NCBI GenBank assembly: GCA_965112155.1
Contig: OZ218100.1
Reading direction: 5' to 3' (one strand)
DNA length: 64,000 nucleotides
Source: Podarcis liolepis
Lineage: Eukaryota
Positions 24,160 to 34,790 of the stretch are shown one piece after another; the first letter of the stretch is position 1; every line of letters begins with the position of its first letter. The position numbers were made by a program, and so were the translations under genes. A model generated the notes under the pieces. The model ran no database searches. It worked only from the letters and a program-made list of their open reading frames with translations, and was not told the origin of the DNA.

Positions 24160-26270
24160 TTTCATCTGTTGCTTCTTGATAATGAGTTACTACAAGCAGA
24201 CTAAGAAGTGTCATATTTGGAGTCTCCACCATCCCCCTGACTGCAATGCTTCCACAACACTCTGATCTGGATTGCATGACCATTGCAGCTGAGACACAGA
24301 CTATTCAGCCTTGCAATGAGGTGTGGAAAGGGGAAGGTAGGCACGGTTGGACCAAGAGGTCCTTTGATTCCTTCCATTTTCACCTCCCTGCTTTGTGCAT
24401 TTTAATAATGGAATATCAAATACACACATATTTACGCAGATGTAAATATAAAATCGAAATGAAAAACTAAAAGCAGTTCCACACATTGCACAGGAAAAAC
24501 TTTCTCCTCCAACATTATCTGAACAGAAACTGTGAAACACTAAAGACCTTTAGCTCTAATGCCAAAAAATATGCCGTAAGAAAACATGCTGTCAAAAATG
24601 AAGAAACAAACAAGCAGATAATTTCTCTTTGCATCCAAAAATGCCAGAATTCACTCCCAGTTTCAGATGAGCTGCAAGGCACCAGAGATTGAAGTGTGGC
24701 TACACACACTAAACTCTTGTGTTGGATTGCAGTTGCAGTGTTTGGTTCAAAAAAAACTTAGTCGCATTTCAAAGCAGCATCTCACATACTTGCTTTGATG
24801 ATTGCAATAGTGATGGCAATTCATACATAAAAGTTATTTCTTAATCTTATTGGTGATGTTCACAGTAGCAAAAGGAGCTGCTGTGTGTGTGTTTGGTGAC
24901 CCTTTTAAACACTTAACTCCTGACTGGAAAGCAGAGATGGTGAAATGGGCCCCAATCACAATTTTTTTTGTTCATTAAAAACAACAGCATTGATTTTCCC
25001 AGGTCACAGCCAGGCCATTTCATGCAGCAAATCTGTGTTGAAAGGGATCCGAGTAATCATTTTTTACACGCTTGACTACCACGTGCTGGCACTGAGCTTT
25101 CGACCGCATGAATATAGGAATGATTTAATAGAGGAAGTAGCAGTGGGCTATTGTGCATGTTGAAGGCTCTGTGGAACATGCATGATTGAGTTGGACACCA
25201 TTAGACTACTTGTAAATAAAACCTGCTAACTTGGCTGGCTAGGAATTCGCCTACAGGAACACAATTGCCACTAGCTTGTCTGGACCCTACCCCTTCTCTT
25301 TCAGGAAAGCTGGGAAAGGGACTGAGCTAATTCATTTTTTTTAAGGCATGCCTTGGACAATAACCAGCTCAGAATCATCTCCATACACAATAGCATTAGA
25401 CAACTGGCATAGCAACAGTGTGTTGTAATCCAGCCCCAGTGAAGATAAGCATGGGGGTGAGGAGGCGTGTTGCTATTCAGTGGCTGGCTAGAGATGTGTA
25501 GCTGTTGGACACTGTCTGCTGTGACCTACATCTTCTCTGGGACTTCTCCCAAATTACTTGTCAATCTGCCATGCTCAATGAGGGGCTGCCTCCTGACATT
25601 GCACCAGTACTGCTCATTTACAGACTCTAAATGATCAGCCTCAAAACTAATGACGCTAGACAAGGGAACACAGGGCGGTTATGGGAGAGGTTGGGGGTGA
25701 TGGCGGAAAGCATTGCTTGGTACAATTAAACAACTGATAAAATAATGGCAGATAAAAATGGGGGGGGGGTTAATGGAGATTTTACTCAGTTTCCCCCATG
25801 TGAAATGATGTTCAGTGCTGCCTCCCTAGTCTCAAATAATGCATTTATGTCACACCGAATACATGAACAATAAAAGAATTGTCCACATTATCGGTCAGTC
25901 TAGAGAAAATAGTCATATTGTAAAAGTTTTATTTCATGAGATACTCCAGTTGTCCCCAACAGGGATGCTACTATTCTGCTTGCAGATGCAAACCTGGAGT
26001 TCATTGGAGTCTGAGAACAGAATAGAGAGCAAGTAAAAAAATAACAGAAAATGGTCAACACGTACAAATACTTTTCACATTCTTGCATCTATCTGATCAT
26101 AGCCTTTTATCCTCTTTCTTTGTCTCCATCCCACTTTGGGTGTCTCTTTCCTATTGGCTCCCCAGATCTTTGCTGTTTGGTGATAATCTCACACCCAGTT
26201 ACTTGTCTTGCTGTTCCATTCTGATCAGCAAATCTGGACCCCTAACACAGTACACTGTGTCCCACCCTTA

Positions 26271-26632
26271 AGGTAAAGGTAAAGGTACCCCTGCCCTTAC
26301 GGGCCAGTCTTGACAGACTCTAGGGTTGTGCGCCCATCTCACTTAAGAGGCCGGGGGCCAGCGCTGTCCAGAGACACTTCCGGGTCACGTGGCCAGCGTG
26401 ACAAAGCTGCATCTAGCGAGCCAGCGCAGCACACGGAAACGCCGTTTACCTTCCCGCCAGTAAGCGGTCCCTATTTATCTACTTGCACTTAGGGGTGCTT
26501 TCGAACTGCTAGGTTGGCAGGCGCTGGGACCGAACGACGGGAGCGCACCCCGCCACGGGGATTCGAACCGCCGACCATGCGATCGGCAAGTCCTAGGTGC
26601 TGAGGTTTTACCCACAGCGCCACCCGCGTCCC
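26271..26632 (-). mobile_element. Sauria SINE, full length, young
   Basis: Head GGGACGCGGGTGGCGCTGTGGG, B-box GGTTCGAATCC, (ACCTTT)n tail, 11-bp TSD TCCCACCCTTA at 26260-26270 and 26639-26649. Confidence 0.95.
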
Positions 26633-27294
26633 TTTTTATCCCACCCTTAGATTCCTCATTTAGACATTTGCCACACTGTTCTTACAAAAAACAAAAGAAG
26701 CCACCCTTCTATGCATCAACTTTCTATTTAAAACTCTTGCCCAAGCATGTTCCTATATGCCCTGGTTTGCTCCTCATGTTGTAAATTCTTATCTGCTTTT
26801 AGCTATCATATGCTGTTTGTCTCACGATTCCATGACTCTGTATCTTGAGTCCCCTTGATTAATTAGAAAATGATATGCTATCCATATAAATATATATATG
26901 GGGATATGGCCATGTTATTCTAATCTTACACTTTACACCAATTCCTTATGATTATCACATTTATTCATTGGCTGTTGCTATCCTGTCTGCACCTACAAGG
27001 ACTTCAACTATCAGCCATGTTACCAAGCTCAAATCAAGGTCAGCACTCAGATGTTCTTATTCATGTAGCAGGGCTTTAAATGCTGTACCATAACCTGTTG
27101 CAATATGATTCTGATTCTTTCAGGGTAGAATCAAATTACTCCACTCCCCCTTTATGAGGGAAGGTTTGGATTCATGACTATGGTTGTATACAATTACCTT
27201 TGCCCATAGAAAAAGGCATCAGGATGGGTCATAAGGTAGAAATACTATAAAACTGAATCAAAGATGTATACAAGTTGGTTTTTTTTTATGAGAC

Positions 27295-27845
27295 ACATAA
27301 GAAGAGCCTGTTGGATCAGGCCAATGGCCCATCTATTTCAGCTTCCTGTTCAGATGCCTATGGGAATCCTACAAGTAGAACTTGGGTGCAACAGCCCTCT
27401 CCCCTCTTGTCATTCCTAGCAACTGGAATTCAAAGGCATGCTGCCTCTAGCAGTGGATTGGAGCCATTGATAGTCCTGTTCACCATTAATATGCCTAATC
27501 CTTTTTAAAAGAAGTACTTCCTTTGTGTGTCCTTAGTAGTTCAGGGTTGGATGACTCCAAGTATTATAAGAAAGGGAGAAAAAACTTCTACAGTGGTACC
27601 TCTGGTTACAAACTTAATTCGTTCCGGAGGTCTGTTCTTAACCTGAAACCATTCTTAACCTGAGGTACCACTTTAGCTAATGTGCCGCCGCGCCACCACT
27701 GCATGAATTCTGTTCTCATCCTTCCAGGTTAGTGGAGCCTGTAACCTGAAGTGTTTGTAACCCAAGGTACCACTGTATCTGCTTTCAATTTACCATGCAT
27801 AATCTTATACAACGTGGTTGCATATCCAACCCCTTCCTTGTCTTT
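27295..27845 (-). mobile_element. CR1 LINE 3' fragment (split by a MITE)
   Basis: ACATAAGAAGAGCCTGTTGGATCAGGCCAATGGCCCATCTA... is the reverse complement of the squamate CR1 3' end; GGGAGAAAAAACTT continues as CCATGCATAATCTTATAC after the MITE. Confidence 0.7.
27591..27775. mobile_element. Tc1/mariner (pogo/Tigger-like) MITE, CAGTGGTACC family, internally deleted
   Basis: TA|CAGTGGTACCT...AGGTACCACTG|TA. Confidence 0.9.
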
Positions 27846-29844
27846 TTATTGTAACTTTTTATTGTGGTCATGTAGTTTGCACCCTATAGCTGAGGCATAG
27901 CTGTGGCATTACCCCTGTGGTGTAACTGAATATTATCACATGTTGTCCATTGTTGTTTTAAAGTTGCCCAGGTTTCTTGTCTTGCTAGACTTTTCACAAC
28001 CAATGCATCTGAACCTTAAAAAACAAATTACTTGATCCTCTCGGAAGGAGGTGCAATGCATGCTGTTCTTAACAGCATGATAAAATAAAATTGTGCTTCT
28101 GAGATTGGCAGTTGATTCAGTTAGACTGTATAAAGAGGGATTCACTCATTTTCAGTTCGCAAAAGAAATAGAGATATAAGGGTGAGTTTTGCTGGGAAGC
28201 GCATATGTGTATGGATAGACAGACAGATGGACAATAACCTTGCCAAAACTCCCATTGCTCTCTGCTTGCTGTAGAGCAGATGTCCACTGTGTGTTTTATA
28301 TAGATATAGAAGTATATTTGGTTCATGCTCAGCACTACAGAGTATGTGCATTTGCTGTTTGAACCAGTTAAGTCTTTCCTTTCTGTGGTATCATGAAACC
28401 TTAGTGGCACTCACCATAAAACACTACTGTATAGATATATTTTCTTACACAACCCATCTCAAGTGAAATCAGATAAACCACAGAGATTAAATAGAGGGAC
28501 TCTGGGACAGCAGGAATTCCTCTTAAGTCACCCTATACCTTCTGTATCCAGACTAATAACCAGCTCATTAATCAATGCCTATTTAAAATAGATTGAGTTT
28601 CAAATCACCTTCTCTGCAAGTAAGAGAATTGTTTCTCTGCTTGTTGTTCTACAGGTAGGAGAGGAATGTTTTTTTTCTCATTTCCCCTCACACTGTTGTT
28701 CATTGTTTACAGCAACATGAACAACCAGTTGCAAATGTAGTTCAAAATGTGAGGATCCAAATAACACAAACACAGGATTCTGGTCAGTCAAGTTCACAGA
28801 GGCAAAATACTGGATCTTTAGCAGGAGGTGAAATGTGAGTCTGTTTCCAGAAGAGGAGATAATAGAAATGGGTGGATCTTTTGTGAGGAGAAGTGGGTTG
28901 GACCTGTCCCCCTCCACCAGTCTTAGCTAGCCATCTTCCTATTCTTCCCTTCCCGAGAAAATCCTTCATGTCATTCTAAGGCTAGCAGTTCCTGAGTGTA
29001 TTAGACAAAAAGAACAATAGGAAAAACAAAAGTCCCCTGATACAATAAGAAACATTTAAAAAGCAGTAGCAAAGTGAATTCTGGCCTTAACTGTAGGTGG
29101 GATCATGTGGAGTTTCGTATGGTGGACAATATTGTGAAAGGGTGTTGTTCTCTTGTTTGGTAAATGCAGTGAAAAATGCTACTTTTTTTTTTTAAAGGAA
29201 CAATCTGTCAAAAGATTATAGTTCTCTTTCTGCTAGTGGTTTATGACAGTAAGTCAGTCTGAGATGCCACAAGAGTGGTTCTAGCGCACCATGAGTGGTG
29301 CTAGGTTAAACATGTTTAGGTCTGCATGGGTTTATCAAAGCATTGAGTGTGGAGGGAGAGATGGGGTCTGCACCTGCTAGGCTTGCTTCCCTTTCCACCC
29401 ATGATTGGCTGAAGACATTTTGCTACCTGAGGCACTTCCTCACCTCCCTTCTGTCCCATTGTGTCTCTTTGTGAGAATCATGTATACTCTGAAGATTTGT
29501 TCACTCTTAATTATCAGACCCAGTTCCTGAGTTGTTGAGAGTGGGGCAAGGTGAAGGCAAGCAGCTCATTGCTCAGACCAGAGACGGATCCTGACTGGAT
29601 GCTAAGTGAGATTATGCTGTGCTAAACAACACTAGAATTTTGCAAGAAATAAATTTAGTGATACATTACAGATGTGTCAGCACTTGTGGACTGCAGTATT
29701 ATTGTATATTTGATGGTAATGTTCAGAGCTAAGAGGCAGCTTTCCTCAGTCTTGTTTCCTGGCATGTTGTAAACTCTTGTTTGAAGAGAAGAATGAGAGT
29801 TTTGTCCTTTGATAACAAAACCTTATAACTGTGACCTTGATTAG

Positions 29845-30041
29845 GTTCTCAGAGACGGAGACTCATCCCAGCTTTATCCCTTGACACAACATCTCCTATA
29901 AGGAAACCTGCCAGCCCAGCAGTACGCTGGGTAGATGGACCTCTGAGAAGTTCCCAGAGAGGAATGGGGGAGCCCTTTGAGATCAAAGTCTATGAGATTG
30001 ATGATGTGGAGCGGCTCCAACGACGACGCATGGGGGACAAT
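29845..30041 (+). CDS. KIF26B: KIF26B coding exon, 197 nt
   Basis: Acceptor ttgattag at 29844, donor AAT|gtgagg at 30042; phase 1 in, phase 0 out; encodes (G)[65 protein letters not shown]; absent from the ORF track. Confidence 0.95.
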
Positions 30042-30658
30042 GTGAGGCATTCCTAATTTATTTCTGATCTTTAACTCGGAAGATGTTGATTCAATCTTAC
30101 TATAACTTGTTCATCATATATGTGGGTTTCTGTCCAGCAATTCACTTGGGGCAGAGGTAGGGGTGGTTGAAGCAAATGAATAAACCCAATAGAATAGACA
30201 GAAATGTAATTCTCACAGAGATGGAATACCTGGCCAAATTCACACCTCCAAAAGAGAATCTATACAAGAATCCAATAATTCTGGCACTCACACAGCAACT
30301 ACAATCCTAGATGAAATTTGAGGTTCCCAAACCACATATCCATGTCTACTTCTGTACACAGAGAGCTTCCTCATGCTCCAGTTCTCTTCATCAGAGCAAA
30401 TAGCCCCATGTGCAGATTCATGTATGCATAGAGCTGTGACTCCCACTGAAGAGAATTGAATACCTTTGCAGAGAGGAGAGCTCTGCACAAAGGTACGCAT
30501 GAGAAGTCTCTGGTCTGAGAACTGTGAATGTCCCGGGGAATTCAAACCATTGAAGAGATGGCCAGCTGTGTAGGCAAAAGGCTGAGTTGCTGGGTTTCCA
30601 TTCTTTAGAGCCAGGAGTGTCAAAGCACACACATGGCCTGAACTCTACAACAAGGGTG

Positions 30659-30778
30659 ACCAGCAATAACACCCTCTGAATCAAATGTTCATCAGCCCCC
30701 AAATAGCATGGCCATTGGCCAAGGATGATGGAACTGAGTACAAGAACATCTGGAGGGCACCACGTTGGCTATTCCTGC
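30659..30778. mobile_element. Palindromic hAT-type MITE
   Basis: CATCAGCCCC...GATGATGGAACT...ACATCTGGAGGGCACCACGTTGGCTATTCCTG; same family as 16646 and 20702. Confidence 0.55.
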
Positions 30779-31591
30779 TCTACAGGCAGTTTATATAAAA
30801 TAAAATTGTGAGTCTTGCAGCACGATCTCTTACCTTGTAGTACAGCATTTACTCAATAGGTGCATTCTGAAGTAAGAGGTTTCACAGCAGAAGTAAACAT
30901 TTTGTTGACTCATGGATGGTCCCAACCCCACACCTAAGATAATAGGATTATGAAAGCAGATACTTACAAGAAGGATTGGCCAGCAGGAGGAAAAGGCACA
31001 TAAGGCATCTCTATTGTTCACTTGCATAAACACCTCCACCCCTCCCTGGGCTGTTTTCTCCCCGATTAGTTCATTTCTGATTTTAAATACCAGCCATGAC
31101 AAAACACTGATCAGGTGGTATATTTGCAAGGAAGAAGAGGTGATGTTTGATTGGCTGAGTACATTTGTCATAACCACTGAATATTCCTACAAATGCCTAT
31201 ATTACTTCTGTGAAGGAAATAAGGAGTTGGGAACATCTAACTTCTAGCTCAGCCCCTCTGAGTTGCAGACTCAAAGTTGAGTTTTCCACTTTCCCTAAAG
31301 CAATCATCTTTTTGCAGTGACATAACAACCAGAGCATCTAATGAAATGTATTGCGGAGTACAATGTATTTGAATAATATATTTTAACAAGTCATCTGCCG
31401 TTGAAAAGACCACAATAACCAATGAACCCTTCATTGTCAAAGGCCTATTTCTTTAATTTTTTGCTTCATTTCCTGAGTTTCTGTGATTGTTGCTACCAAA
31501 TTAAAGTTAATTTGGCTGGGGAAGATCTAATCTGGCCTTTATTTCACACACCCCTCCCTTGACTCTCCCCTTCATATATCTTATTGAGCAG

Positions 31592-31742
31592 CAGGTGATT
31601 TGCTTCAACGCTAAACTGAAAATCTTGGAGCACCGGCAACAGCGAATTGCAGAGGTCAAGGCCAAGTACGAGTGGTTAATGAGGGAGCTGGAAGTGACCA
31701 AACAGTACCTGATGCTGGATCCTAATAAATGGCTCAGTGAAT
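31592..31742 (+). CDS. KIF26B: KIF26B penultimate coding exon (C-terminal coiled coil)
   Basis: Pyrimidine tract then GAG CAG CAG; encodes [50 protein letters not shown]; donor T|gtaagg at 31743 (phase 1). The start could be 31589, 31592 or 31595. Confidence 0.93.
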
Positions 31743-33128
31743 GTAAGGTTTTACTGCCTATAGTTGGTTTATTTTATTGATACAAAACTTTACTGGTGCT
31801 GTAGCTAAGTCATGAACTACTATGTTTATAAGCAAAGCCTGTGCTGATGTTTGACCTGGAGCAGATTTGGATGGACTGCATTTCTAAAACTGTTCCTGCA
31901 TAATTCCTATTAAACTGTGACATTGGAACCAAGTGGGCCTATTTGCTCAAGAGTCAAAGCCAGGAATTATGCAGCATTCTAGTGAGGAATATTGCCATCA
32001 CTAGATTAACGCTTATGCGTCTCACTCCAGAGCTTCTGAAAATGAGATTTCCCTCCCCGCCCCCCTTTGCCCTCAGATCACTCAGACATATGAATTATAT
32101 TTTAAATCTGCTCTCCTGCTGTGAAATAATACTTTCAGGCAAATTTGGTTGAAATGGCTGATGTAAGACATTAATTTGTTTTTTTCTTTTACATATAGCT
32201 AGAAAAGGATAGAGTTCATACAGCTCATTCATAAAGAGATTAAAGAATCCCATATTCAAATTAGGAAGGATTCTTCTAAAGAAGCAAACAAAATGTATAA
32301 AAGATACAGCCAAAGCTGGCTAAATTAATATGTGAGGGTACCTCAACTATAAAGGAAAAGTATTTTGCTGCTAGCTACTTAGAGCAGAGAATAACACTAA
32401 GGATAGGACTTTGGGCACCTGAAAAAGAGGGCTCTAATCCACAAAAGCACGTGTTGCAGCCAACCTGCTACTGCGCAATCCTAAAGTGGTGTTGGTGAGC
32501 TCCCACAGTTGAGGAAATGCTATTTGACATTAGTGGGAAGGAAAATCTCTATGCCAACTCCAGGGCTGGTGTAGTTTCTGCCCTTGGGGGTGAGGGTCAA
32601 TGTGCCCTACCACTAACAGTCCACCACTGACAGTACAGAGCTTCCTGTGGATGTACCAGGCACTCCACCTTCCCACTGATGGAGGCCCTCTTTGCCACAA
32701 TTCTTATGATGTGGCTTTAGGATTGTGGCCTTAAGTCTTTCATGTGCTATGAAAGGTCCATAAAATACTTACTTTTTATCATGTGGTGAGGGAATTGCAT
32801 ATTACTCGCTATGAGCATCTTCAACGGAGCCTGTTCATAAGTTCACTTGCCTTTCTGCATGCAGATGGTGACTTCTGAACCTAGGAGCATTGTATGAGGA
32901 CAACTGAAACAAATCTAACAATGTTCTTCCACTGAGGCCTGCTATAGAACCTACCTGTCATAGCAGTGCCCGTTTCTTGCACAAACTCTTTCCTTTCACA
33001 GTTCTTTGAATCCAGTCCCTTGAGTAACACACACACCTGTGTGAATGAGCCCTTAAAGATAACAGCAATGTAGGGCTTGCGCTACCAATTTGGGTAATGT
33101 GCTGGGCCTTTTGCTTCCTTTCCCACAG

Positions 33129-33277
33129 TTGATCTGGAGCAAGTATTTGAGTTGGATTCCCTGGAGTACTTGGAGGCTCTCGAGTGCGTGACTGAGCGAC
33201 TAGAGAACCGTGTCAACTATTGCAAGGCCCACCTCATGATGATCACCTGCTTTGACATCACTTCTGGGCGCCGGTGA
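33129..33277 (+). CDS. KIF26B: KIF26B last coding exon to stop codon
   Basis: Acceptor ttcctttcccacag at 33128; (F)[48 protein letters not shown] then TGA at 33275-33277; absent from the ORF track. Confidence 0.96.
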
Positions 33278-33444
33278 AGAATTAACCTCGAGAACATTTT
33301 GGACTACTGCCACTCCCCTTTCTCCCTTTTGAACAGCACCCCAAAGACCTAGAATGAGGATGAAGGTTGGTGTCATGTTTTGACTGTGTGTGGAAGAGAT
33401 TTCCCCCCTCTTATTATGCTGAAGAGTGGTGCATACATTGACTA

Positions 33445-33465
33445 GATGATGATGATGATGATGAT
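33445..33465. repeat. (GAT)7 microsatellite in KIF26B 3' UTR
   Basis: Direct reading. Confidence 0.9.
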
Positions 33466-33897
33466 GAAAAGCAAAGATGCTGAGAAACAAGGATGTGGAA
33501 TCTCCTAGCCTGAAAGAGCACTTTGAGAAATCTTTAAGGACATGTTTGTAAATAGGAACTGCTGGCAGAAGTGACTTTACCCCTCAACAATAGCTGTAGA
33601 GGGAGGAAGAGCAGATGTAGGACCGACTGCTGCTGAGAGCACCATTGAAGTAAAAATACACAGGAAGACTGTCTTAAGTGCCTTGCAAATCTTTATTATC
33701 CAAACATTTATGTTCATACTTTCTTGTGTACAGATGGTGCTAGTCAAGAAAAAGAAAAAGACAAAAAATCAAAACACATTTTCTGAAATGTATTTACAGC
33801 CTGTTTTCCCCTCCCTCGGTGTTTTATCCTATTTCTGACTTGCTGTTTCTACGTAACTTGTGTTTGTAGAGATATTTCTTAACCGATACAGCATATA

Positions 33898-33903
33898 AAT
33901 AAA
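33898..33903 (+). terminator. KIF26B: Candidate proximal poly(A) signal of KIF26B
   Basis: First AATAAA after the stop, with upstream TGTA elements and downstream T-rich sequence. Confidence 0.55.
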
Positions 33904-34549
33904 TGTTAACTGTCATTTATTGTTACACACGAGAGTAAGGCCACTCAAAGAGAAAAAAGATATTAAACCATGTACATGAAACCCAAAATATTTGATAGTA
34001 ATGGAAGAGGAGAGGTCCACTTTGTTATTAAAGAACATAAATGTGAGTTTTCTGGCAAAATAACAAGACTTCAGTTGACATCACTAGGAAAACAGAAGTC
34101 TTCACTTATTTTTTTGTTGGCTGTTACTTTTTGTACTAAGATTGTGGTATTTACACCACCAGTTTTCATGGATGCTCAAATGAAGATAATTACTTAGTTT
34201 ATGTTGACCAGGTATCTTCATTCTTTTCAGACCCAGAATCCACTTTTAACCCAAATATGAATTTGGGGACCAATTTCTTAATCTTTTACCTTATATTTGC
34301 ATGGTGGTGGTGCTCCTGTTAACCCACTAGCACATCTCAGTCCACCAGTTGAAGACCAGTGAGGTTGATTGACCACTGCCTCATTTTTTCTGAGGTGTGT
34401 CTAGGTTTGTCCTAGAGGTGCCTTCAATTGGTTACAGAGATACTGCAAATGATTCCCTACCTGTTATGGCTCTGGGTCTATGAACATTGGAATGGTTATG
34501 GTAGATCAGACCAGCATCCTTCTAGTTTGTGGAATTTACAGCAATCAGG

Positions 34550-34790
34550 TGTGGTGGTGGCCTGTAGTTAGGATGGATTTAAAAGGGATTAGGCAAATTC
34601 ATGGAGAGTAGTCAAGATTGCTATAGGGAACCTTTTGGTTGAGAGGTCAGTAGGCACTGAATACCAGGTGCTGAAGCCACAACAAGGCAAGTCTTCATGT
34701 CCTGCTTCTCAGAGACATCCAGTTGAGCACATGAGAAACAGGATGCTGGACTAGATGGACCATTTGTATGATCGAGGAGGACACGTATTA
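34550..34790 (+). mobile_element. CR1 LINE 3' end fragment
   Basis: GATGGATTTAAAAGGGATTAGGCAAATTCATGGAG...GAAACAGGATGCTGGACTAGATGGACCATT. Confidence 0.7.

Noticed and set aside
26560-26632. tRNA-like A/B boxes (also at 20994, 47800 and 55970)
   Set aside because: SINE heads, not complete tRNA cloverleaves
31724-31729. AATAAA inside a KIF26B exon
   Set aside because: It is the codons for Asn-Lys in DPNKW; no reason to call a poly(A) site
33275-33285. Stop-codon readthrough of KIF26B
   Set aside because: Context is TGA AGA, not the TGA CTAG readthrough motif
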